From contig CM022678.1 of the NCBI GenBank assembly GCA_012295275.1, positions 14,446,001 to 14,510,000 on the forward strand: a stretch of DNA of 64,000 bases, written 5' to 3'. This document shows positions 27,039 to 41,234 of this stretch, one piece after another. Source of the DNA: Chrysomallon squamiferum. Lineage: Eukaryota; Animalia; Mollusca. The notes under the pieces were generated by a model that saw nothing but the letters and a program-made list of their open reading frames with translations, ran no database searches and was not told the DNA's origin. The position numbers and the translations under genes were made by a program. The stretch's first letter is position 1. Each line of letters opens with the position of its first letter.

Positions 27039-27575
27039 TTACTGAATCACATCATAGTAAACATGTACAGTTTACTCTAATAGACAGTGTTTACTGAATC
27101 ACATCATAGTAAACATGTACAGTTTACACTAATAGACAGTGTTTACTGAATCACATCATAGTAAACATGTACAGTTTACTCTAATAGACAGTGTTTATTT
27201 TATCACGCCATAGTAAACATGTACAATTTACTCTAATAGACAGTGTTTATTTTATCACGTCATAGTAAACATGTACAGTTTACTCTAATAGACAGTGTTT
27301 ACTGAATCACGCCATAGTAAACATGTACAGTTTACTCTAATAGACAGTGTTTATTTTATCACGCCATAGTAAACATGTACAGTTTACTCTAATAGACAGT
27401 GTTTATTTTATCACGTCATAGTAAACATGTACAGTTTACTCTAATAGACAGTGTTTACTGAATCACGCCATAGTAAACATGTACAGTTTACTCTAATAGA
27501 CAGTGTTTATTTTATCACGTCATAGTAAACATGTACAGTTTACTCTAATAGACAGTGTTTACTGAATCACGTCAC
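27039..27575. repeat. 52-bp minisatellite, ~10 copies, with internal near-palindrome AGTAAAC-a-TGTACA-GTTTACT
   Basis: Period 52 (actgaatcac at 27041, 27093, 27145). Two interleaved variants (actgaatcac / attttatcac). Confidence 0.97.
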
Positions 27576-28179
27576 AGAAACAGAACACCGTGTACTTTAA
27601 AAGGCCTAACAAACTGCTGTAAGTTATTGATTAACTGTTTCGTTTTCTTGTCTGCCGAAGTTAATGGGCGTTTATTTATTTATTTTAATTAACTTGTTTA
27701 CTGTCTCTTTTTAAAATTAAAAATGAAGTATCAATTAAATAATGAAGAATATGATGATAAAGATGATGATAATAATGATGATGATGATAATAATAATAAT
27801 TAGCTAACTAGTAAATAAATAATTAAATAAAAAAATAAAAAAATTATATATAATTAATTAATTATATATATGCTGAGGAAACAAAAAGACACATAAAAGT
27901 AAGAAACCATAAAGACTAATTTCCAAATTTGTGTGAAAGAACCTAAAATAAAACTAATATAATTGCTAAAAAAGAAGAATGTAAAAACGAAGAGTGTAAA
28001 AAAATAATCCAGGACATAACCAAGTATATTTAAAAATGATCTTCATGCACATATGGAAGAAAAGAAAATTATGAATAGCTTTTCCTAGATTATGCCTAAT
28101 CAATTTTTTATTTTTTTTATTTTTTTATAAAGGGATAATTACATGTTTCTGTTAAATATTCCCTTTAAACTATAATAAA

Positions 28180-28180
<1 letters not shown>

Positions 28181-28245
<65 letters not shown>
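28181..28245. repeat. (CT)n microsatellite, representative of many (CT)n, (CA)n, (TA)n and (ATT)n tracts
   Basis: Others lie at ~9704-9743, 12771-12803, 25418-25464, 32660-32760, 36848-36997, 39019-39075, 40339-40385, 42805-42882, 50759-50806 and 63948-63976. Confidence 0.98.
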
Positions 28246-28252
<7 letters not shown>

Positions 28253-28345
28253 AAACTTTCGTGTAATATCTTAAAGAACATATAATAAAAACTAAATAAT
28301 AAATCGATAATTTGTTATTATTAATTAAATTAATTAATTAATTAC

Positions 28346-28396
<51 letters not shown>

Positions 28397-29278
28397 TTAG
28401 ATTTATTTATTTATTCATTTTATTTTATTTTATTTTATTTTTAAATATCTTCCTTAAATGAAAATATACACTGCATATTTTTAGACCGATATATTACTAC
28501 TGTTTTGCTGAACTAAAGTAATCTCTAGATTTACTTACTGTAACGATAAAAACGGTTGACATTTCAAGTTCCAGAAAACCTTATGTTATATGTACAGATA
28601 GAAAGTTTGTTAAGTTGACATTTGGATTGTGTTCTTTCTGAGTTAACACAATTCCTCTTGTCATAGTATTTTCACGATTTTATGTTCAATAACAGATACG
28701 TTAGGCTGTCATTTATGGCTGTTGTCAAAGTTTGCTGGCAAGAAGAAAAAATATGCTATGATATTGTATTGTTGTTGTTTGTGCAGAAGTAATCCGATTA
28801 TATCAGCCTGTGAACGTAGAATATAATAAACAGGATAATTGAAATTTAAACACATTGCACGCAGTTTATGTCAGTGTCTGTGTGTGTGTCTGTCTGAATT
28901 CTGTGTTTATATATTGTTCAGTAAATATTAATTTATTAATTATTATAGTAGTATAATAGTAGCTGTAGTATTGCAGTAGTAGTAGTAGTAAATATAAGAG
29001 CACTAGTAGTAACAATAGTAGTTATAGTAGCAGTAATAGTAATAACAGTAATAGTGGCAGTAGTAGCAGAAGCAGCAATGGCAATATTAATCGCGCATTT
29101 ATATAGTAGACGTAGTAGTAGTAATTCTAGTAGTTGTAGTGGTAATTCAGGTAGAAATAGTAATAATAGCACTAGATGAAGTAATATCAGTTGTTTTAAA
29201 TGTACTAATTTTATTAGTTGTTTGAGTATTAAAATATGGAGTACGTAATGTTTCAGGCGTTAACGAGGACATCACAAC

Positions 29279-32008
29279 ATGTTCAGACAGTTTGTGTCAG
29301 CTCACTCTAAAGGCGATGAAGATGAACTTCCAGACGAGCGGGACGCTTCCAGACCTTTCTTCACTCGTAATAAAGGTAGGACATCTCCTTGACTTTCTCA
29401 GCTTTGTTAAATAAAATACAATTAAAATAAAATAAATAAATACATAAATAAATAAATGTAACATATTACTATTTGTTTGGCTGTTTGTACATTTACTCTC
29501 GAATTGTTTTGTTTAAAATTGTGTATGAGTGGTAGTGTTGGTTTGTGTCTGTGTGTGTGAGCTTCAGTGCGTGCACGTCTGTGTGCTCCCGCGTGTGCAG
29601 ACTATCCGCAGGTGTGTGTGTCTGTGTTGTATGTGTGAATGTGTGTGGGTGTGTGAGTGTGTGTTTGAAGTTGTGTTTAGAGTCTAAGTTCTATGTACGT
29701 CTCTCTGTCAATTGACTTTTAAGTGTGTAAACAGTGAAGCATGTTAAGTAATGTTTGTTAGTTGTTTGAAAATTCTAAACATTGCGTTTTGCACTTGTTT
29801 ATATTTCAGTTTCATATTACACGTACTTAATAACTTAATAACAACTACAACAGTTTACATAACTTGACATCTGACATTTAATGGACTAATAGAAGGTTTA
29901 GAAACGTTGCAACATCAAAAAGTTCTTGTCTGTGTTCAAACAAATTGACTTTTTTGTCTTTTTTTTCCTTCTACAAGTATATGGCGCTTACATAGTTTAA
30001 ACGTCAAGCAGATAATGACAAGAAAAAAATACCACCACGTGTTTTTGATTGTTTTGTATTAGCAGCAAGAAATATTTCATATCACCTTCTCATAAGCAGC
30101 AGAGCAAATTGCAATATGTCAGTCACCAGTCACTAGGTGAGAGTAAAGAAATAAAGTAGATGTCATAATATTCTTAACACAGGCTTCTGGTTGCTGTTAA
30201 TTCAACAATTATAATGTATACAGTCAGTGGAAAACGTCTGTATAGACATATTTGTGGTAAATATCTGTCTATAAACGAGAGCTCGTAAAATAAATTAATT
30301 AGTTTATGTCTGCTAGGACGTAGTTACAGATAAACAGGTGGTTGATTTGTTCTATTATTAAGTTTAAATTTTAACCAGACCGGTAAATATCCCTCTGAAT
30401 GTATCTCCTTAAGAAACACTTTATGATTAACGGTGTAGTACGTCATTTTTATATTATGTAACAATTGTTATATTGTGCCTACTTTCTTCTGCACTCTTCA
30501 GCCTTCGTCTCAGTGTATAATCCCCTGTGCTTACTGATAACCTGTTAAGCTCAGTGTTAATAATAAATTGATTGTAATCTCAGTGGAGAAGAATACGCTG
30601 ATTTACACCTGTCTAATTGGTCTCTTTAGTGGTAACGGATTATTAATAATTAAATATATTTTCATTCGTTTAATTAAGGGATGGGCTGTCATTAACAAAT
30701 AATTGCCTGTAGTGCTGGTTGAAAATAAACTCGTAAATTATTTATATTCAGGAAATAACTGTTTTAGTTATACAGACATAGTCGTACGGTGACAGCATTG
30801 TTTTATATCCAAACGGCATTATATAAATATTTATGTACATTTACAAGTCTAAATTTACAAACACTGCCTGTTATCTATATCAAGTGTTAGGCTGTAATAG
30901 TACATTGCTTCACACTGTTTGTCTTTCTTAAATTTCAGCGAGGGTTACTTCGCATAAAAATATTCAGTACTAATGTGTAAAATTTAATTAATTTAATGTA
31001 AGTGTACACATGTTAATTATATGAATTTAAGCCCAATTTAATGCTTATTTTAATGATGATACTGTTAAGACGCTGATGTACGTGTTGTACTAATAGCGCA
31101 TTCTCTGATAGTTTTTATCATATTTCTCATGAATACATTATACATATAAATAAATGGTGTTTAAATGTCCTCCGGAGTGCGGATGGGTGGCATACATTCG
31201 AATCTCATCAGCGGCATATCACTGGGTTTGTGAGGTGGTGATTGGACTTTGTCCTCCTGCGCCAGTCCTTTCCTGAATGTTGTCTGTGTGTGTGGGGGGT
31301 GTGTGGCTGTGTGCTGCAGATTGTAACTTTATTTATTTATTTATATATTTTTCAGGTGAAATGGGAATCTATATTGACACCATTGATGCGGTTCCCCTCA
31401 AACCTGAGGAATACAGTCTGGAACACTTTTACATGATGACACTAAAGGACAGACTTCAGGAGTATCTGTACGAGACAGACATGGTCAGATTGAAGGGCTG
31501 TCTTGAGAAGAAAAACGTTTTCGGAGGTGTTATCCTTGAAGAGTTCAGAAAAGGTATTTAACATAAAATAGAAATTACATACAACTAAGAAATGTATTCG
31601 ATATCAAAGAAACCTTTCCGCTTTCCACTTTCAAAACTGAATTTGTCAATACATTTTTGATAACGTTTTAAATTACGTAACTGAACATAAACCGACTGAA
31701 ACGGTATATATTCCAAGGGAGATAATTTGATAGCAAAGAATGTGGCGGACGAGTTAGTTTAAAAATTATTTCCAAGATGTGTGTGTGCGTGTGTGCGTGT
31801 GTCTGTGCGTGTGACTGTGTGTGTGTGTGTGTCTCTGTGTCTGTGTGTGTGTTATGTCAGTATCTATATGTAAATGTGTCGTTTTTCAAAGGTTAGGATG
31901 TAGTGACGTCACAATGGCTGCAGTGCGATCGTTTAGAGAAGAAAATAATGATATTAATTAAAAATAAATAAATTAATAATAATAAATAAATAAATAAAGA
32001 AATTAATA

Positions 32009-32047
<39 letters not shown>

Positions 32048-32687
32048 TGTAAAAGGTGAAAAACAACTATAGAGCTGTGAAGATAAAACTAAGTGAAAGT
32101 TTACATACATTTACTTGTAGATAAGGCAGGACCAGGTGGGTGTTTATACGGGGCACAACCTGAACTGTCTCTTCTCTCAATTTCATTCTGGCATTTCGGC
32201 CTGCCGAAATTAGATATACTAATTACTGTTTTTAAATTATTTTGATTTATAGCGAATTTGTTAAAGGTAAAAAGCAGAGCTGGGTATTAGAAATATAAAA
32301 ACAAATTAATATTTGTACATGATATGTAAGTTTGTTTATTTAAATTATTAATCTTTTTCCTTTTACTCCTTAGATGAACTTTCCGATTGTGCCCTGGGTC
32401 TATGTATACGTTTTCTGTTTTGTTACCTGCTCTGTGTCTTGTGTTTTGTTCAAGTTATCATGAACACCCAGCAACATTTGATGTCGGACTGGGGTTTATG
32501 TAACACAAAACATTTTATTTTAGCTTTTAATTATTAATACATTCAGTTATTATTTTTATCCTCATTTTCATCAACATCATTATCAGCATCATCATCATTA
32601 TTATGATTATTGTTGTCATAATTGTTGTTGTTGTAATTCTTCTTCTTCATCTTCTTCTTCTTATTATTATTATTATCATTATTATTA

Positions 32688-32761
<74 letters not shown>

Positions 32762-34705
32762 TAACCTGTATGTTGATTACAACTAGGGTGAAAACGTATC
32801 TTTCAGTATCAGTTTCTGTTCGTACGCTTTGGCACGCGAATATGTGTCGTGTTTTTTCTTTACAGATTATTTTTATAAATTTATTGAAATAAATCCACTT
32901 TTACTGAGTGTATAAATTTAACATAAAATGTGAAGAAAAATGTAGAAAATGGTATCCCTTATTTTAAAATTTAATATATATATATATGTATTTAATTTTT
33001 GATTGATTTATTTATTTATTCATTTATTTTTTGCGCTTGTTACTGCTGTGAATGTTGTTATTTGTTTGTGTACGCTAGATCGCGTTCACTGTCTGTTTTC
33101 ATGTTATATTTGGTCTGTTACAGCTAAGTGAAAATATTAATGTGTTACATAACAACAGTGCTACTTTCTTTTATATGTGAATATTTGTAACGTATTTATA
33201 ACGTGTTATTCTGATTCTGTAACATTATTTTTTAACTATAGGTTGTCATAATATATATAAAACTATAATAAAATAAAAACTAATAAAATATTTTAAATTT
33301 AAAACAAAATTAAGAAATACATTTTTGAAATAGCATTAAAAGTATTGTTGCGTTTATCGTACTGAAAAAGGGGGAAAAAAGAAAAAGAAAAGAAAATGTA
33401 TCCGAAATTCATATCAGTTTTTATTTTTGTTTTGTTACCTAGATTTGCCAGCGTGTGTCCTGCTGTCCGTATTGCCGTGCATCGTTTTGTGACGCCATTA
33501 TGTAATTTATTTTTGGTATTAGTATTGTGATGATGATGAGTCATAAAATATTCAATCCTTTTATTTTTTATTTATTCAATGACATTTTTATTTTTTTTAT
33601 TTTTTTAGGTCTTATTCTAGTTGTGACGTTTGATGATATCGACGCCATCAACAGTCTCTGGGAAGTTTACACGTCAAACATGTTGTCGTCAATATTTCAA
33701 GACGTTCTCATTGATGGCAATCTGTTAAAGGCGGTGGAGGCAAAGCGCGTGACAATTCGCGCCAAATTGTGGGAAGACGAGTACAATGATGCTAAGATAG
33801 AGATGCTGGAAAGAGGAATGGACAGACTTTCTCTTGACAAATTTCGTAAGTAATTTAGTCCATTCACCTACCTACAAGACACATATGTGAAGATTTAGTT
33901 AAAACAGAAAAAAGACACAAAATCTTTACCATGGCCAGACACAAATATTATTATTATTATTATTAATATTAATTATAATCTTTATTTATTATTATTATTT
34001 ACATTTTTTTTTTATATTTTAGTGCTCGGGACATTATCTGTTGATACATACATATAATGAATTCGGCCTGGAATTAAAAATAATATCTAATGTATTTAGA
34101 AAATATTTTTCCATTCATGTTTTCCAGCCAATGATATCTCTCACTTGAGGAGAATTAAAAAATATCAGATTAAGCTGAATGAGAAAATCCTCGGCCTTAA
34201 AGATGCTGAAAATGACTTAGAGCAGAATCTTACTGACTTCATGTCAATTGTAAAAAAAATCTTGCCAGAAAACAAAACTGAACTGAAATCTCTGAAAGAA
34301 TTTAACACGTGTGTTACGATAGCTAAGGGGGGCAGACGACCTCTGGCGGGCTTCGAAATGATCGAGCAATACCAGAAAACAGTCGACGAACTGCGAACAC
34401 TGTTTGGCGAGATTGAAGAAAATATATGTTACCCTCTGTCCCTAGTCCACGGGCTCTGCGAGTCAAAAAGTCAGAAAGAGATGAAGACGTTTATCATGGA
34501 GACGGTGAAGGACATGCAGCGAACTCTGAATGTGGACAACAGTTTAAGCAATATTCGCTACTCCGAGTGGGAAAATAAACTTCTACAGCGAGACATGAAA
34601 CTGTTCTTTGGACTTGTTAGTTTGATTCCGCTGTCCATCGAGAGAATCACTGACATAGATCACACGATGGATGAATATGTGACATGCTTTCCGCAAAAAA
34701 TATGA
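29279..34705 (+). CDS. Uncharacterised ~369-aa protein with a TRADD-N-like domain and a helical C-terminus
   Basis: Exons 29279-29375, 31356-31553, 33609-33845 and 34128-34705 join in frame (all phase-1 introns). The segment KGLILVVTFDDIDAINSLWEVYTSNMLSSIFQDVLIDGNLLKAVEAKRVTIRAKLWEDEY fits the TRADD-like_N pattern (G-hhh..L..LW..Y..G.L......L.....L....h.h...h.EEEY). Confidence 0.85.
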
Positions 34706-34790
34706 CGTGAAACATGACAAAAATGTCGAAAGGACGACGAACTTCTCCGCGGTTTTGTTTAGAGATGTGCACCCTCGGAAAGTTAAATAA

Positions 34791-34829
<39 letters not shown>

Positions 34830-35008
34830 AAGAAGAAAAAAATAGGATCTGCAGTTTATTTTGTTTTAGAAAAATTAAATAATAAAGTAATAAGCACCGT
34901 CATTTATTTATTGTTTGTTATTTTTATTTTTTCAATGTTATTTAGTATTATACAAATACCAAATAATGAAGAAATGATAATGAAAATATTTAGTATTTAA
35001 GTAGTATT

Positions 35009-35045
<37 letters not shown>

Positions 35046-35589
35046 TATATTATTAAAAACATTATCATTCACAACATAATCATTTCTAATGTTTAAAAGT
35101 AGATTTTCTTTTTGAGGTCGTCTTGTGTGTGTGTGTGTGTGTGTGTATGTGTGTGTTAGAATGTTTTCAAGAAGAAATAAACTAAAACAATGAAATAATT
35201 TTTTGAGAATTTCGTTTAGTATATTTAGTGAAAAAATCTTGGTATATACCGATATTATTTATTTATTTATGTTTTTACTTCTTTGTAAATATATATATAT
35301 ATATACTTATTTATTACTTTTTGCCTCATCTATTAACTTACAGTAAGTTTTATTTTTTTTATTTTTTATTTTTTTTTTTTTTATTGTTAAGAAAAATAAA
35401 TATCTAAAATTGTGATCAAAGTTGTATGGCTAACATTTAGTAATACTAACACACACAAAGAGTAACTGATTTTTTTTTAAATCTTTTGTGCACACCTGTT
35501 TCTTTATTCGATATTTTGTAGACTAGATTTCTATTTTATTGCCTTTAAGATATGCAAGGCTAATTCTCAAGTCACATTTTACAGAGTGT

Positions 35590-36845
35590 TTAAGTTAAAG
35601 CATAGTAAGAAGTGGAAAGCTGTTTTATCAAGCCGCTTCCTCTTGTAACGAAGTCGTACGTCTGGCAAAGATACCCGGCAGTCAGTAACCTCTGCAGCGA
35701 GAACGACTGACATTTCACTTGACTGACACACGTCATAGCGCATTGGCGAAGTGACGGCTCTACTTTTGACGATATCGGAATTTCCCTCTTATTTGGAAGA
35801 GCACCGACCTCGATTCTTTTAATGTAATTATTTCGCAAAGGTGACAGTTGTGTGCAGCTTGTACGATCTGAAAATAATAATATTAATAATAAATTTATCT
35901 TGATCATTATCTATTTTTAAATTAAGAAATAATAACAACAAATAAATATATTAATATTTACATATTTCCTCTCGATACAAATGGATTTAAATTTAAATAT
36001 TAAACTATATTAAAGACGTATTTCTTACCAAATGTAACTGAAGGCACTCTGATAGTTGAACATTCGTTAACAAGTGAGTCAAAAGTGTTGTTTGTCATTC
36101 CTTGAAATACAGCAAAACATCTGAAAAATCCTCTAAAATTATCTCCTCCTTCCAAGTCGCCACTTATCCGGAATGTACCGACTTCCACCGAGTTTGCGAC
36201 TGCAGTGACACATTTGTCACTTACAGTGACTTGATTTGATGATCCCAAAATTATATTTTTTGACGTTAGAGTGATGTCATTTCCTTTTCGCTGAAAGCCC
36301 ACATAATGCCACATGTTCATTACGAATGCATTGATTAACACAGTCGTTCCACATGTATCCAATCTGCTAGCGTCGGTCAACGATATCTCTAGATTTCTAT
36401 CACGAGCAAACAGTTTCAGTTTTCTTAAACCTTTCGTCTCTTCTTTATAAACAAAATGAAGAAGAGTACCGGTCATGGGGGAAAGAGGTTTGACCAAAAA
36501 TGAGATACTGAAGTCATTTTGGAAAGTGTTTAGTTTTAGAGCTGAGTCCAAAAATGATAAATAGCCGCCGTCAAAGTAGACAGAGTTGTCAGTTTGATAA
36601 GGAAACGAGTCGCCGATGCGCACGCACGCCGACTTAACCGAGGCGACTGGTGACGTCTGTAAACTCTTAGTTTCTAAACCAAACCAAACACTGTTCAGTG
36701 GCCACAGATACATGCAGATCACCTCAACCGCTAAACAAATGTAAAAATAAAATTATAAATGATAAAAATACTTTTCTGAGCATTTGTCGATATTCACATT
36801 TATATTTATATTCCTATTCCTATTTTCTGTTTCTATTCCTATTAG

Positions 36846-36876
<31 letters not shown>

Positions 36877-36951
36877 GTTGTTGTTGTTGTTGTTATAATT
36901 ATTATTATTGTTATTATTATTATTATTGTTGTTGTTATTGTTGTTATTATA

Positions 36952-36999
<48 letters not shown>

Positions 37000-37416
37000 T
37001 AGTAGATACGCAAATAACGTCGATATAGTCCATTAACTTACATATCGCCACACCAACGTAAATAAATTGATCAATAAATCAATAGTAAAAAGCGTTTAAA
37101 AACTAGATCAATAGGTCAATACTACTGAAAATTCAGAAACTATTAACGGATCAATAAAATAGTACTAATGAAAAGTTTTCAAACTATTGTTGTCCTTCTT
37201 AGTGTTTTCTCTGACTGCATAACGGCCCGCTGCTTCTATTAAAAATGTACATTTCCATTGCCTGGTTTAATAACAACTCGTAATAAATTAAATGTGTTAT
37301 TAACACGGCATTTGTTTGATTTAACCCACCCGCGGTTTTGATCACAGGTTTAGCTGTAAAATAATAATAAAATTGCTTTGTTATTTTCTTGTTTAGGGGG
37401 GATGATTGGGTCCATA

Positions 37417-37453
<37 letters not shown>

Positions 37454-38572
37454 GTTTATATACCCATATATATAGATTAAAACGCATGCACACACACATA
37501 TACAAACACTCATTTACAAACAGCTCTACGAATATATATATATATGCACATAAGCATATACTCAAACAAACACACACACACACACACTTACACACACACA
37601 AACACATACACACACAACATAAACATGCGTACACACGGATGTACAGACCTATCCAAAAATATTTACACAAACACAGATACATGCAGACAGACATATACAG
37701 ATACACACACAGAAAAGTCTCGTTTGTAAAGTTTTGTCTACTGGTGTGTGTATGTGTGTGTGTATGTATGTGTGTGGGTGTGTGGGTGGGTGGGTGTATG
37801 TGTGTGGGTGTATATGTGTGTGCGTGTGTTTCCATATCTACTTACGTTCAGACAAGCCGCAGTTCTTAAGAATGTCTGCTTTATCGGTGAGGGTTACAGG
37901 TGAGTTGTAGTAGGTGACACACGACATTTTTCCTACGAAACCCGAGCCAAGCTGAATTTTACCTGGCAGAAAGTCGGTAACGGAAGCCAGCGGATCGTCT
38001 ACGTGTTCATAGACAACGTTGTAGTTTAGCTGTATCTGCACGTTCTTTGCTGCGGCGTCTCGAATGAAACAAACAAACTGCCAAACGTTCTTCTTGAAGT
38101 CTATAGGGTCTACGTTTATATTAAAACCGCTAAAGGATATCATCCCGCCAGCCGTGATTTCAAGCTGTTCCACGGCGTTATCTTCCCTTGCTCTGACGTC
38201 ATAACGAAAAAGGCTGCCATCGGCAGATTCTAGATAAACAAAGAAACAAAGAGAAACCTCAAGAAAATCTGCAGTCTCCGTTAATGTCGTCTGGACGTAG
38301 AACTGTCCATCAAATATTGCAGAATTTCCTTCCTGTCCGTACGGACCAGTGCTCAGCTTCAGCACGTTATCTTGCGGGGAATCGGGCGCTGTGTTTCGCT
38401 GAACTTCGTACGCTCCACGATCCGCATTTAGCAGCCACATGTAAGTTGGTGAGGGGAGACACAACACGTAATGAATGTCAACTGAAATTAGTAAATTTAT
38501 ATCTGACTTAAATAAATTGTCTTGATATTTATTTCGTAAATAATGAAGAAATAAACTGTCCGTGTGCGTGAA

Positions 38573-38614
<42 letters not shown>

Positions 38615-39018
38615 GACATACATACACGCACGCACGCGCACACACACACACACACACACATTTAACGGACAACTGCACGTTCCATAACTAAAAACTTAAG
38701 AGAATTTGGGAAATCCGGACAAAAATCAGTGAAGAAAAGAAATTCCTTGAGATTCTACTGACTCAGAATAAATTATTCCAATTTCCAAAATACAAGCTAA
38801 GTCTGCTGTCCATCAGGGTAATGAAAAACTGTGAATTTGAAATAAATTTATTTCTATAAATTATTCTAGATTTTTTATATATTTTATCTTTCGGAAAATT
38901 CGATTTTTTAATTTTCCGAACGTTAAACCTTTATAGTCCGTTAAACTGAGGGTCGACTGTATATTTATAAATATACAAAAATTTTTTTTACTGCTTTGTT
39001 TTATTTATTTATTTATTA

Positions 39019-39075
<57 letters not shown>

Positions 39076-39224
39076 TAAATTAATATAAATATGTAATTTT
39101 TTTATATGTTACTGATTTATTATATACAATGTAAATAAAGCCTTTTTAAAAAATCCGCAAAAATATACTTACCAGTTAGCCACAAGTAAAATAAGAAATT
39201 CATATTAAAAACTCTGACGGTCAT
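35590..39224 (-). CDS. Secreted protein with two LamG/ConA-like domains and a C-terminal PAN/Apple domain, ~555 aa
   Basis: Exons 39224-39173 (MTVRVFNMNFLFYLWLT, signal-like), 38481-37846, 36730-36029 and 35867-35590, all phase 1 and one domain per exon. LamG motifs: MWLLN/LWPLN, SAIFDG/SVYFDG, WQFVCF/WHYVGF, FVGKMSC/FRGFFRC. PAN motif: SLRQCAMTCVSQVKCQSFS..CQTY. Confidence 0.88.
38661..38959. mobile_element. Tc1/mariner-pogo/Tigger-type MITE, left end truncated by (CA)n
   Basis: Right end gtccgttaaactgagggtcgactg + TA (TIR CAGTCGACCCTC...). The left remnant tttaacggac is its inverted copy. Internal hairpin ttcggaaaatt...aattttccgaa. Confidence 0.6.
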
Positions 39225-40337
39225 CTGCAACACTATTTCAGAAAACGTCGTCTTGTTTAAGTTGTATAAGTCTTGACTTGATTATTCCTTAAAAAAAATC
39301 AGTTCAAACATCTAGTTAATATATATATATATATATTTTTATTAAAAATATGAAACATTTAAATAACTGAATTACATTTGTTTTATAACCTATACATTAG
39401 ATACATTTGATACCTGCGTACTTAGTTGTTTTAGTTTGACATTTTCACCGATTTGAAGTAATAAAGTCATAACAAAATTAAAATTATATATTTTGTAGGA
39501 TGAAAAAAAATACTTGAGAAATATAAAAACTGTGACAAACTGAAGACGACTCACGCGTGTAAGACTCGCTGCAGTAAACAAGAAGCTGGGTAAGAAATGA
39601 GGTGAGCTTTATTAACAATAAATCCGATCTCTGTTGGTTTGGTTTATAACGATTGTTTATCATCCACACAATCTCACCAATAAATCATTATATTGACTCA
39701 TCTAAAAGCTAAATAATGTTGCTAAACTAAAGCCAATTATTTAACCTAATTTCTCACTTTTATCTTTGGAATTTGTGGTATATCAGCATATTCAGTAGAC
39801 TGATGCAATGAATACTGCTAACTAAAGATTAAAAGTACAAAAAATAAAAATAAATAAATAGAAATAAAAGATAATATTTCATAAAGGAATTAATGATTCG
39901 TATTATAAGCTGAAGTGTATGTTTGTTCTTATATTGCAAAATGAATTATTTGTAGCCGGTTTGAACTATCATCATCATCATCATCATCATCATTATTATT
40001 ATTATTATTATAAGATATTTTTGTTGCATCCACTATAATTATGTTCACGGCTGATTTTCAATATAGCAAGTAATGATAAAAAAAACAATGTTAATATTGC
40101 TAAAAATAATCATAATGGAGTAGGTTTGAAATAGTATTTACAATAACTAATAGAGGAGACTAAACATTTAAAACTGGAGAAGTAATATGCGACTAAACTT
40201 AACTACGATGTGTTTGGTTTCATTTTACACAAAATCTATTATCGACATGTAAAATAACCTTAATAAAAAATTACCATTTTAAAAATATAATAGCAATAAA
40301 TATATATAGGCATAAAAACACACAACATACACGCATG

Positions 40338-40399
<62 letters not shown>

Positions 40400-41234
40400 C
40401 ATTCAGACAGATGTATTTTTTATACAGTATGCTGGAACAAGATAGAAAGCGGATGTAAAAACAGTCAGAGAATTCATTTTCCGATTGTATGAAAGAATTC
40501 CGGATCAGATCAACAGTAACAAAAGAACTGTTTCTCAGAAATACTCAGTAAAACAAGACGCCATTTCCAAACAATCTACCAGTCTGATCAGCTGATACTC
40601 ACTGTTGGTAGAAGTTACAGCGGATATTAGCAATGTTTTTACTAGTTGTTATTTTATCTACATCTTCTGTCTTTTCTCATGTCTAAGGCTGACTGTAGGA
40701 AATACAGTGAAAATGTTCTGTATGTTGTTTATGTGTTTGTTGTTGATATTTATTGTTGTTCTGGGATTTTTGTTTTCGGGGGGGGGGGTAATTAAGTGCA
40801 TTTTTTAATTTTTTAATTTTTTAATTATGATTTTGTTGATTTGTTGGTTTTTATTTTTTATTATTAGTATTATAATTTCGTTGATTTTTTTCTCTTCGTA
40901 ATTTGCAGAAAACGCACTGCAGTACAAAATATTTCTCTTTCTACATTATTTTCAAACATTTTATTTAAAAATACATGAAAAATTATAATAATAATAGTAA
41001 TAATAATAGTAATAATAATAATAGTGATAATAATAACAGTAATAATAATAACAATAACAATACTAATAATAAATATCTGATAGCTATTTCAAATAATTTA
41101 TTGTGTTTTATAGTATTGATTTATATTAGTTTTGAAAATTATAAAATACAAAAACAGAAAAAAGAAATTAAAAACATTATTTAGTACAATACATGAAGAA
41201 ACTTGAATAAAATTCTAAAGTACGTTAAATATTA

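Noticed and set aside
27039-27575. CRISPR-like array of palindromic repeats
   Set aside because: Units are head-to-tail with no unique spacers, the context is a eukaryotic intron, and there are no cas genes. It is a minisatellite.
23471-28168. ttaaaggga...tccctttaa as possible Kolobok-type element ends
   Set aside because: Match of only ~9-12 bp in AT-rich DNA, no internal transposase, and it spans a probable host promoter.
31170-31285. GC-richer patch with a B-box-like attcgaatc (possible tRNA-derived SINE or tRNA)
   Set aside because: No cloverleaf, clear A-box, TSD or second copy in the window.
36698-37869. ORFs with poly-I/L/V or HT/CV repeats (similar ones at 10933, 12804, 25063, 28936, 40975, 44164)
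   Set aside because: They are translations of (ATT)n, (CA)n, (TA)n and (AGT)n microsatellites.
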